Origin: Halomicronema hongdechloris C2206 | GTDB taxonomy: Bacteria; Cyanobacteriota; Cyanobacteriia; Phormidesmidales; Phormidesmidaceae | NCBI RefSeq assembly: GCF_002075285.3 | Contig: NZ_CP021983.2 | Coordinates: 5,460,001-5,492,000 of the forward strand | DNA: 32,000 nt | Reading direction: 5' to 3' | Shown here: positions 25,384 to 32,000 of the stretch, one piece after another | How the letters are laid out: each line of letters opens with the position of its first letter | Position numbering within the stretch: position 1 is the stretch's first letter | Translations under genes and position numbers: made by a program | The notes under the pieces: generated by a model | Told to the model about the DNA's origin: nothing | The model's database searches: none | Seen by the model: the letters and a program-made list of their open reading frames with translations, nothing else

Positions 25384-25453
25384 GGCAGAAAGCAGAGGGC
25401 AGAAGGCAGAAGGCAGAAGGCAGAAGGCAGAAGGCAGAGGGCAGAAGGCAGAA
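25384..25453. repeat. STRR-like heptanucleotide tandem repeat, (GGCAGAA)x10
   Basis: I counted 10 contiguous 7-nt units. Seven are exact GGCAGAA. The variants are AGCAGAG (unit 2) and GGCAGAG (unit 8). Confidence 0.95.
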
Positions 25454-25468
25454 ACATACCCCTTGCCT

Positions 25469-25584
25469 CCTTGCCGATGCGGCGCGATCTATCACGGCTC
25501 ACCGATATGCCCTTCCGCAGGTCCAGGGCAGCGGTTTGCCCTGGTCGTAGGAGTCCGAGGGAAGCGAAATTCCCTCGGATGAGC
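25469..25584. repeat. Structured dispersed-repeat module, copy A (two hairpins)
   Basis: Copy A shares these blocks with copy B: CCTTGCCGATGC(G/A)GCGCGATCT, CTTCCGCAGGTCCAGGGCAG, GCCCTGGTCGTAGGAGTCCGAGGG and a terminal GAGC. Hairpin 1 is CCAGGGCA-gcggtt-TGCCCTGG (25523-25544). Hairpin 2 is TCCGAGGGA-agcgaaat-TCCCTCGGA (25554-25579). Confidence 0.8.
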
Positions 25585-25630
25585 GCTTTGACTGGTGCAA
25601 GTAAGTGTGGTCTTACCGAGGTCTATCATG

Positions 25631-25817
25631 CCTTGCCGATGCAGCGCGATCTGGAACGACCAACCGACAGGCTCTTCCGCAGGTCCAGGGCAGTAGTTCG
25701 ACTACGTTGCTCCTGGGAGCCGCTTTGCGAACACCACAAGCAGTTCGACTTCGCTCACTACAGGCGGTTCGCCCTGGTCGTAGGAGTCCGAGGGGATCTC
25801 GCTCCCCTCGGGTGAGC
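25631..25817. repeat. Structured dispersed-repeat module, copy B (same module with a 71-nt insertion in the loop of hairpin 1)
   Basis: Copy B has the same conserved blocks as copy A. Positions 25694-25764 are extra sequence between CCAGGGCAG and CGGTTCGCCCTGG. Hairpin 2 here is CCGAGGGGA-tctcgc-TCCCCTCGG (25788-25811). Confidence 0.8.
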
Positions 25818-25949
25818 ACCCCGAGCTATACGATTAAGCGTGATCTGATCGCGATCCATCGCCAGTGATCGATATTCCTGCCAAGAGAACCGGAGAAGTG
25901 CCCTGAATGACTGACAAAACTTCAACGCGGGACGGTTATAGACACCACC

Positions 25950-27221
25950 TTAGAGGTCGTCATCGAAGATGCTGCCGAAGAAATCGATGGTGTCTTTCAG
26001 GGCGGCGATGAAGCGATCGATTTCCTCGCGAGTGTTGTAGAAATAAAGGCTAGCTCGAGCCGTAGAATCAACGCCCAGCAAGCGGTGTAGCGGTTGGGTG
26101 CAGTGGTGACCGGAGCGAATGGCCACTCCTGATTGATCTAATAGGGTCGAGAGATCCTGGGCATGGACGGTGTCAACGGTGAAAGTGGCCAAAGCGGCTC
26201 GACCGCTGCCATCGGAGCGAGGTTGGGGACCATAGAGACGCACCTGGGGAATCTGGTTTAGGGCCTGATATAGGTAAGCCGTAAGCTCATGCTCATAGTC
26301 GGCAATGGCCTCCATCCCTACCGAGGAGAGATAATCGACCGCAGCTCCCAAGGCAATGGCCTCGGCAATGGCTGGGGTGCCAGCCTCGAATTTATGGGGC
26401 AGGTCGGCGTAGGTCGCGTAGTCGAGGAAGACATCGGCGATCATTTCTCCACCGCCTAGGAAGGGGGGCATGGCTCGCAGTAGATCTAACTGACCGTAGA
26501 GAAACCCGATGCCGGTAGGGGCGCACATCTTATGCCCTGAGGCCACCAACCAATCACAGTCGAGGGCTTGCACATCCAAGGGCATATGAGGGGTACTCTG
26601 GCAGGCATCGATGAGTACCCTAGCTCCGTATTGATGGGCCAACTCTATGATGGTATTAACTGGATTAAGGCAGCCTAGAGTATTGGAGACATGATTGACG
26701 GCCACCAGCTTGGTGCGGTCTGAGAGCAGCTGCCGATAGTGATCTAGATCGAATGTTTGATCGGGCGTCAACCCAACGAATTTGAGCTGGGCGCCAGTGC
26801 GCTGGGCCACAAATTGCCAAGGCACCAGATTACTGTGGTGCTCCATCACCGACAGGATAATCTCGTCTCCGGCACCCAATTGGTTCATGCCCCAGCTGTA
26901 GGCCACTAGGTTAATGGCCTCACTGGCATTGCGGGTAAAGACGATTTCGTCTCGAGAGGCGGCGTTGATGAAAGCCGCTAGTTTATCTCGTGCCCCCTCG
27001 TAGGCATCGGTGGCTCGAGCACTGAGGGCATGAATGCCTCGATGCACATTGGCATTGTCGCACTCGTAGTAGTGCCTCAGAGTAGCCAGGACGCTCTGGG
27101 GTTTTTGGGAAGTCGCCGCGTTGTCAAAGTACACCAGGGGTTGACCATTGACCTGCTGTTGCAGGATGGGGAAGTCGGCTCGGACTTGGCTGGCTAAGGT
27201 ACGGGCTTGGGCGACAGTCAT
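25950..27221 (-). CDS. sufS: Cysteine desulfurase SufS
   Basis: Motifs present: [52 protein letters not shown] (PLP lysine) and [10 protein letters not shown] (catalytic Cys loop). I prefer the ATG at 27221 ([20 protein letters not shown]). The track start at 27287 adds 22 atypical residues and overlaps sufD. Confidence 0.9.
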   Translation of the reverse strand: MTVAQARTLASQVRADFPILQQQVNGQPLVYFDNAATSQKPQSVLATLRHYYECDNANVHRGIHALSARATDAYEGARDKLAAFINAASRDEIVFTRNASEAINLVAYSWGMNQLGAGDEIILSVMEHHSNLVPWQFVAQRTGAQLKFVGLTPDQTFDLDHYRQLLSDRTKLVAVNHVSNTLGCLNPVNTIIELAHQYGARVLIDACQSTPHMPLDVQALDCDWLVASGHKMCAPTGIGFLYGQLDLLRAMPPFLGGGEMIADVFLDYATYADLPHKFEAGTPAIAEAIALGAAVDYLSSVGMEAIADYEHELTAYLYQALNQIPQVRLYGPQPRSDGSGRAALATFTVDTVHAQDLSTLLDQSGVAIRSGHHCTQPLHRLLGVDSTARASLYFYNTREEIDRFIAALKDTIDFFGSIFDDDL

Positions 27222-27274
27222 AGGGAGAGGGTAAGAGACAGGGAAGAGTTGAGCAAACACACAGGGGATGGACG

Positions 27275-28600
27275 TTACCGGGTCCATGCAGTCATGGTAG
27301 CGGTGAGAACTTGCCGTAAGGATTCCAGGGGAATGTGGTTGATGATTTCAATGGCAAAGCCATAGAGCAACAGCCGCTGGGCTTGGTCGGCTTGAATGCC
27401 CCGACTCTGTAGGTAAAAGACTTCGTCGGCGTCGAGCTGGCTAACGGTGGCTCCATGGGCACATTTGACGTTGTCAGCAACAATTTCCAGTTGGGGCTTG
27501 GTGTTGACTCGGCCTTTGCCGGAGAGGAGTAGATTGCGGTTCAGCTGACTGGCTGTGGTCAATTGAGCTTCGTGGGGCACTTGAATTTTGCCGTTGAAGA
27601 TGGCGTGGGCGTGATCGTCGATGATGGATTTATGCAGCTGATCGGCATAGCCATGGGGATGCGTTAAGGCAATGAGGCTATGGGTGTCGGCCACTTGATT
27701 GGTTGCGATCGCATCTAGGCCATATAACCGCGTCGTCGTCTGCTCTCCTGTCTGATACACCTCTAGATGGTGGCGACAGAGCCGCCCTCCTAGAGTGACC
27801 GAGACATGATCGTACTGACTATCTCGCCCTTGGGATACCGCCGTCTTACCGACATGGAATACCCCATCTCCCTCCCGTTGCAGACGCACGTGCTTCAGCT
27901 GGGCCGTGGGCTCGACCCACATTTCCGTCACACTATTGGTAAAGTGATCGCCCCCGGAGCCACCAAAGCTTTCCACCAACGTGACCGCACTACCAGACTC
28001 CGCCACCACCAGACAACGGGGATGTCCTAGCGTCGGCGTCTCCCCCGGCAGCGATATCTGGATCAGCTGAATCGGCACCTCCAAGATCTGGTTCCGCGGC
28101 ACCCAGATCACCGCCGCATCGGCAAAGCCTACTGTATTTAAGGCTGTAAAGACCTCATTGCTGCCAAACTGCTGTCCTAGGCGTTCTTCCAACGAGGCGC
28201 CTAAGGAGTCTTGGCCATATAGCTGACTGAAGCTGCCCACCACCACATTGGATGGCAATGCCTGCGTAGACGACAGCTCTGCTGCGTAGCGGCCATTGAT
28301 AAACACCAAGCGACTACTCGCCGTCTCTGCCAACGTCAACGACGACAAATCTGGTTGGGGCTTGCCAACCGTCTCTACTGCTTGGAAAGGCAGTTGCATC
28401 ATGGCGCTAAGGTCAGTAAAGCGCCATTCCTCATCTCGAGTAGACGGAAAGGTTTGCTCCCGCACTAAGGCCTTAGCCGTGTCTCGCAGCGACGATAACG
28501 GCAAACTGCGCTCACCCTGCTGAGTAGCTTGGCTCAACAGGTGATTGAGATAGTCCTCGCGCCGGTCAACAGCAGTGGTTCCAGTAGCGGGGGGTGTCAT
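27275..28600 (-). CDS. sufD: Fe-S cluster assembly protein SufD
   Basis: The call rests on position between sufC and sufS and on the SufD-type beta-helix C-terminal half ([63 protein letters not shown]). The ATG at 28600 overlaps the sufC stop by 1 nt (TGATG). A GTG at 28603 is the alternative start. Confidence 0.88.
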   Translation of the reverse strand: MTPPATGTTAVDRREDYLNHLLSQATQQGERSLPLSSLRDTAKALVREQTFPSTRDEEWRFTDLSAMMQLPFQAVETVGKPQPDLSSLTLAETASSRLVFINGRYAAELSSTQALPSNVVVGSFSQLYGQDSLGASLEERLGQQFGSNEVFTALNTVGFADAAVIWVPRNQILEVPIQLIQISLPGETPTLGHPRCLVVAESGSAVTLVESFGGSGGDHFTNSVTEMWVEPTAQLKHVRLQREGDGVFHVGKTAVSQGRDSQYDHVSVTLGGRLCRHHLEVYQTGEQTTTRLYGLDAIATNQVADTHSLIALTHPHGYADQLHKSIIDDHAHAIFNGKIQVPHEAQLTTASQLNRNLLLSGKGRVNTKPQLEIVADNVKCAHGATVSQLDADEVFYLQSRGIQADQAQRLLLYGFAIEIINHIPLESLRQVLTATMTAWTR

Positions 28601-29388
28601 CACGCAGTCACCTCGACGTCAGCTTCCTGCAAAATCCACTCATAGCCACGGCTCTCCAGCTCTTGGGCCAATTCTTTAGTGCCGGTTTTAACAATGCGGC
28701 CATCGGCCATCACATGCACATACGCCGGTACGATGTAGTTCAACATGCGCTGGTAGTGAGTAATCACCACCATGGCGTTATCGGGACCGGCCAACTGATT
28801 CACGCCATGGGCCACCGTCTTCAGGGCATCGATGTCGAGACCAGAATCGGTTTCATCTAAGATTGCCAGAGTTGGCTGCAAGAGAGCCATCTGCAGGATT
28901 TCATTGCGCTTCTTCTCGCCGCCTGAGAATCCCTCGTTGACGCTGCGATCCAAGAAGCTAATGTCCATCTTGACGATGTCGAGGCATTCCTCAATTAAGT
29001 CGTCAAAATCGAAGACATCGATTTCCTCTTCTCCACGAGCTCTGCGGTGGGCATTGTACGCCACCCGCAAAAAGTCACGATTACTGACCCCAGGAATTTC
29101 TAAGGGATATTGAAAGGCCAAAAATACCCCGGTAGCCGCTCGTTCATGGGGCTCCATAGCCGTTAGGTCTTGTCCCCGGAAGAGCATTTGACCCGAGGTC
29201 ACCTCATAGTCGGGGTGACCTGCCAGCACCTTGGCAAAGGTACTCTTGCCAGATCCATTTAGGCCCATCACGGCATGGATCTCTCCCGCCTTTACCTGGA
29301 GATTGACTCCCTTGAGGATCTCGGTATCCTCCACAGTAGCATGCAGATCCTGTACCTCAATAATTACATCACTATGTTCACTCATCAT
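28600..29388 (-). CDS. sufC: Fe-S cluster assembly ATPase SufC
   Basis: Motifs present: Walker [10 protein letters not shown], signature [13 protein letters not shown], Walker [12 protein letters not shown] and H-loop ITHYQR. I prefer the start at the MMSEHSD... pair of ATGs (29388/29385). Confidence 0.93.
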   Translation of the reverse strand: MMSEHSDVIIEVQDLHATVEDTEILKGVNLQVKAGEIHAVMGLNGSGKSTFAKVLAGHPDYEVTSGQMLFRGQDLTAMEPHERAATGVFLAFQYPLEIPGVSNRDFLRVAYNAHRRARGEEEIDVFDFDDLIEECLDIVKMDISFLDRSVNEGFSGGEKKRNEILQMALLQPTLAILDETDSGLDIDALKTVAHGVNQLAGPDNAMVVITHYQRMLNYIVPAYVHVMADGRIVKTGTKELAQELESRGYEWILQEADVEVTA

Positions 29389-29469
29389 GACTGACCCATT
29401 TAGAAACCTGTTCACGACTTTGCCTTGCTGCCACGGGGTGAGCAATAGAGGTGGCAGCAGCGAATGCCT

Positions 29470-30912
29470 CTAACCCACCGTGTTCTCTAACTTCAGAGCC
29501 AACAGCTTATCGGCCTCAGCGGCAAATTCCATGGGCAGTTCATTGAAGACATCGCGGCAGAAGCCACTGATGATCATGGAAATGGCATCTTCCGGCGAAA
29601 TACCTCGCTGGGCAAAGTAGAAGAGTTGGTCTTCGCCAATCTTAGAAGTAGAGGCTTCGTGCTCTACTTGGGCCGTATTGTTTTGTACTTGAATGTAGGG
29701 AAAAGTATTGGCGCTGGCCGTATCCCCAATCAACATTGAGTCACATTGGGAGTAGTTGCGAGCCCCATCTGCCTTGGGTCCCATCCGCACCAAACCACGA
29801 TAACTATTCTTCGATTTACCTGCCGAAATTCCCTTCGACACGATCGTGCTCTTGGTGTTCTTCCCAATATGCAGCATCTTGGTACCCGTATCGGCCTGCT
29901 GCAGGTTATTGGTTAGAGCCACTGAGTAGAATTTACCCACGGAGTTGTCCCCCACCAACACACAACTGGGATACTTCCAGGTAATCGCCGACCCCGTCTC
30001 TACCTGAGTCCAGGAAATCTTAGAGTTTCGGCCAGCACAGAGGCCGCGCTTGGTGACAAAGTTATAAATACCGCCCTTGCCCTGTTCATCACCAGCAAAC
30101 CAGTTTTGTACCGTTGAATAATTAATTTCGGCATCATCAAGGGCCACCAGCTCCACAATGGCGGCGTGTAGCTGGTTGCTGTCATACATAGGCGCGGTGC
30201 AGCCCTCCAAATAGGTGACCGAGCTACGCTCTTCCGCCACAATCAGCGTGCGCTCGAACTGCCCCGCCTCATCAGTGTTCATGCGAAAATAGGTGGACAG
30301 ATCCATGGGGCACTTAGTGCCCTTGGGAATGTAAACGAAAGACCCGTCGCTAAAGACTGCCGAGTTCAAGGCCGCAAAGTAATTATCTCCAGGCGGCACG
30401 ACACTGCCCAGGTATTTCTCTACCAGCTCAGGGTGGTGCTGTACTGCTTCTGAAATTGAGCAGAAGATCACCCCTTCCTCGGCCAGCTTCTCTTTGTAGG
30501 TGGTGGCCACCGATACACTGTCAAAAATGGCATCGACCGCCACATTGGCTAGCCGCTTTTGCTCGGAAAGGGGAATGCCCAACTTCTCAAAGGTGTCTAG
30601 TAGAGCTGGATCCACCTCATCTAGGCTCCCTAATTTCTCTTGGTTAGCTGGCTTGGGAGCCGAGTAGTAGATGATGCTCTGAAAGTCAATGGGCGGATAG
30701 ACCACGCTGGACCAGGTCGGCTCCTTCATGGTCAACCACTTACGGTAAGCTTTGAGGCGAAACTCTAGCATGAAGTCCGGCTCATTCTTCTTAGCCGAAA
30801 TCATGCGGACGACATCTTCATTCAACCCCCGAGGCAAGGAGTCGGTTGCAATATCGGTTTTGAACCCGTACTTATAGGGCTGGCTAACAAGAGACTGAAC
30901 ACTAGGACTCAT
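29470..30912 (-). CDS. sufB: Fe-S cluster assembly scaffold SufB
   Basis: The 480-aa ORF is highly conserved: [36 protein letters not shown] and [14 protein letters not shown]...[17 protein letters not shown]...RGIS.EDA. Confidence 0.95.
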   Translation of the reverse strand: MSPSVQSLVSQPYKYGFKTDIATDSLPRGLNEDVVRMISAKKNEPDFMLEFRLKAYRKWLTMKEPTWSSVVYPPIDFQSIIYYSAPKPANQEKLGSLDEVDPALLDTFEKLGIPLSEQKRLANVAVDAIFDSVSVATTYKEKLAEEGVIFCSISEAVQHHPELVEKYLGSVVPPGDNYFAALNSAVFSDGSFVYIPKGTKCPMDLSTYFRMNTDEAGQFERTLIVAEERSSVTYLEGCTAPMYDSNQLHAAIVELVALDDAEINYSTVQNWFAGDEQGKGGIYNFVTKRGLCAGRNSKISWTQVETGSAITWKYPSCVLVGDNSVGKFYSVALTNNLQQADTGTKMLHIGKNTKSTIVSKGISAGKSKNSYRGLVRMGPKADGARNYSQCDSMLIGDTASANTFPYIQVQNNTAQVEHEASTSKIGEDQLFYFAQRGISPEDAISMIISGFCRDVFNELPMEFAAEADKLLALKLENTVG

Positions 30913-31006
30913 GGGCGCTGCTCTCGTGCAATCAATAGGTGTACCAAGGGAAAAACAGTCAGCGCCTTATCCCAATTGGGAATAGACGCCACTTAGTCAT
31001 CAATAG

Positions 31007-31366
31007 TTAATATTTATCTGTCTCGGTGCGGATTTCTTCGAAGGAAATCTCTTGCTTGTCACCAACGAAGGGATTGTCAGGAGTCAGAAACAGCATGCAA
31101 TGACACTCCTTACGCTCCTGCATGGGCACACAGGGACAGTTCCAGTAGGTTGCCTTGACCTCAGCTTCCTTATCTTCATAATGACGACAAGGGCAGAGGG
31201 GGGCACCAAAATCATCCTTGTGCTTTGCTAGGCCTTCGATCACGACGGAAGTAACGCCGAGATCAGCACAAAAGTAGGTGCCGGTACGCTTAGCATAGCT
31301 TTGAGAGAAGTTACGCATCAGCTCTAAGTTCTTTTGGGAAGCTTGGGTCGTTTTATGCTGACTCAT
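31007..31366 (-). CDS. ftrC: Ferredoxin-thioredoxin reductase catalytic (beta) subunit
   Basis: The diagnostic FTR catalytic-chain motifs are present: LCPCRHY, YWNCPCVPMQERKECHCMLFL (CPC...CPC...CHC). Confidence 0.9.
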   Translation of the reverse strand: MSQHKTTQASQKNLELMRNFSQSYAKRTGTYFCADLGVTSVVIEGLAKHKDDFGAPLCPCRHYEDKEAEVKATYWNCPCVPMQERKECHCMLFLTPDNPFVGDKQEISFEEIRTETDKY

Positions 31367-31476
31367 CGGTTCTTGGGTAATGACTGGTGCTTAACGTTTC
31401 GTAGAATTGGCCTGGCTGGGCAGCCTTCGCCCTAGAGATATCGTGGCACGACAACCAGATAATTCTATAATTAAAG

Positions 31477-31490
31477 CAACATTTGAGTTG
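31477..31490. promoter_or_regulatory. SufR operator-type palindrome CAAC-N6-GTTG (site 1)
   Basis: CAAC-atttga-GTTG, read directly. It lies in the AT-rich sufR / ftrC divergent spacer. It matches the palindrome published for Synechocystis SufR binding sites, as I recall it. Confidence 0.6.
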
Positions 31491-31515
31491 TCTAACTATC
31501 TTTAAACTACTTTAA

Positions 31516-31529
31516 CAACACAAAAGTTG
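31516..31529. promoter_or_regulatory. SufR operator-type palindrome CAAC-N6-GTTG (site 2)
   Basis: CAAC-acaaaa-GTTG, read directly, 39 bp from site 1. A TATAGT -10-like hexamer follows at 31539-31544, about 38 nt upstream of the sufR ATG. Confidence 0.6.
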
Positions 31530-31581
31530 TCAAAAGATTATAGTTTCCTGCTGTGCCCGACGCTGCTGTTTGGTCGAGACG

Positions 31582-32000
31582 ATGACATCGTTGCAACATC
31601 CCTCCACTAAAGAAGACATCCTGCGTTACCTACTGAAGCAAGGAGAAGCTACTGCTCAAGTGCTAGCAGATCAATTGGGGGTTAGCTCCCAGGCGATCCG
31701 CCGTCATCTCAAGGATTTGGAACTGGATGGACTGATTGAGCATCGAGCCATCCAGGAGGGCATGGGTCGTCCCAACTATGTCTATCAACTCAGTCGTAAA
31801 GGACGAGACCACTTCCCAGATCAGTATGATGAGTTTGCTCTATCCCTACTAGACACCTTGGCCGAAACTGTTGGCCAAGAGCAGGTGGGAACTATTTTGC
31901 GTAAGCAGTGGACTCGCAAAGCCAAAGATTATCGGCAGCAAGTGGGCTCTGGTTCTCTGGAAGAACGGGTATCTCGCCTGGTAGAACTTCGGAAGAATGA
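31582..32000 (+). CDS. sufR: Iron-sulfur cluster biosynthesis transcriptional regulator SufR, N-terminal part (runs off the right edge)
   Basis: Absent from the ORF track because it is truncated. My translation from the ATG at 31582 gives MTSLQHPSTKEDILRYLLKQGEATAQVLADQLGVSSQAIRRHLKDLELDGLIEHRAIQEGMGRPNYVYQLSRKGRDHFPDQY... This is the DeoR-like winged-helix N-terminus typical of cyanobacterial SufR. The gene is divergent from the suf genes. Confidence 0.85.
   Translation, partial: MTSLQHPSTKEDILRYLLKQGEATAQVLADQLGVSSQAIRRHLKDLELDGLIEHRAIQEGMGRPNYVYQLSRKGRDHFPDQYDEFALSLLDTLAETVGQEQVGTILRKQWTRKAKDYRQQVGSGSLEERVSRLVELRKN

Noticed and set aside
25384-25453. Possible CRISPR array
   Set aside because: The unit length is 7 nt with no spacers and no cas genes in the window. 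It is a simple tandem (STRR-like) repeat.
25061-25868. ORFs 25061..25495 (-), 25194..25502 (-), 25471..25815 (+), 25605..25868 (+) and 25613..25819 (-) across the repeat region
   Set aside because: Their translations are periodic artefacts of the DNA repeats (for example [20 protein letters not shown] from the heptamer array, and duplicated [18 protein letters not shown] from the two module copies). No coding signal is present.
25842-25870. Cluster of four GATC sites within about 30 nt (tgatctgatcgcgatccatcgccagtgatc)
   Set aside because: It could be a methylation-sensitive site. It lies in a 3' convergent spacer with no nearby gene start. It resembles degenerate HIP1-like sequence, and I found no further supporting structure.
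27222-27287. Upstream extension of sufS (track start at 27287), overlapping sufD
   Set aside because: The extra 22 residues ([22 protein letters not shown]) are not part of the conserved SufS N-terminus. The ATG at 27221 places VRADFPIL at the usual distance from the start. Neither start has a clear SD, so some uncertainty remains.
1-32000. Search for mobile elements, prophage, toxin-antitoxin or defence islands, tRNA/rRNA genes
   Set aside because: I recognised no transposase, integrase, recombinase, reverse transcriptase, restriction/modification, cas, or tRNA-like cloverleaf sequence on either strand. Composition is fairly uniform apart from AT-rich promoter spacers. The window reads as core genome.

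Overview
This window looks like a cyanobacterial chromosomal core region. I counted 12 perfect HIP1 octamers (GCGATCGC) by eye, and the gene content fits: psbZ, nblA, ftrC, and sufR with sufBCDS. I support about 30 protein-coding genes. Two are cut by the window edges and are absent from the ORF track: cydA on the left and sufR on the right. From left to right: cydA (partial); a tandem-USP gene; nblA; a same-strand signalling cluster (PP2C phosphatase, ABC1/UbiB-type kinase, small coiled-coil protein, and a kinase-like gene whose catalytic motifs are degenerate and whose reading frame is broken); a DHH/DHHA1-CBS-CCA/poly(A) polymerase fusion; psbZ-ribH; a COP23-like secreted protein; a DCC-family thiol oxidoreductase; pstSCAB with a Pho box and an internal attenuator hairpin; a 987-aa fusion of a PlsY-like membrane domain to a PEP-utilising enzyme; queF; a translationally coupled pair of cyanobacterial hypotheticals; a DUF2997 / DUF1257 (Ycf35-like) / 4Fe-4S ferredoxin triad; a Rossmann-fold oxidoreductase; an 820-bp repeat-filled convergent spacer; then sufS-sufD-sufC-sufB-ftrC, divergent from sufR, with two CAAC-N6-GTTG operators. 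I saw no rRNA, tRNA, CRISPR array, transposase, integrase or recognisable defence genes, and no convincing stand-alone novel system. The observations most worth a second look are the PlsY-like/phosphotransferase fusion, the broken pseudokinase inside the phosphatase/ABC1 cluster, the structured nested repeat module at 25.47-25.82 kb, and ftrC sitting between sufR and sufB behind the SufR operators. All family assignments come from motif recognition by eye. No database search was run.
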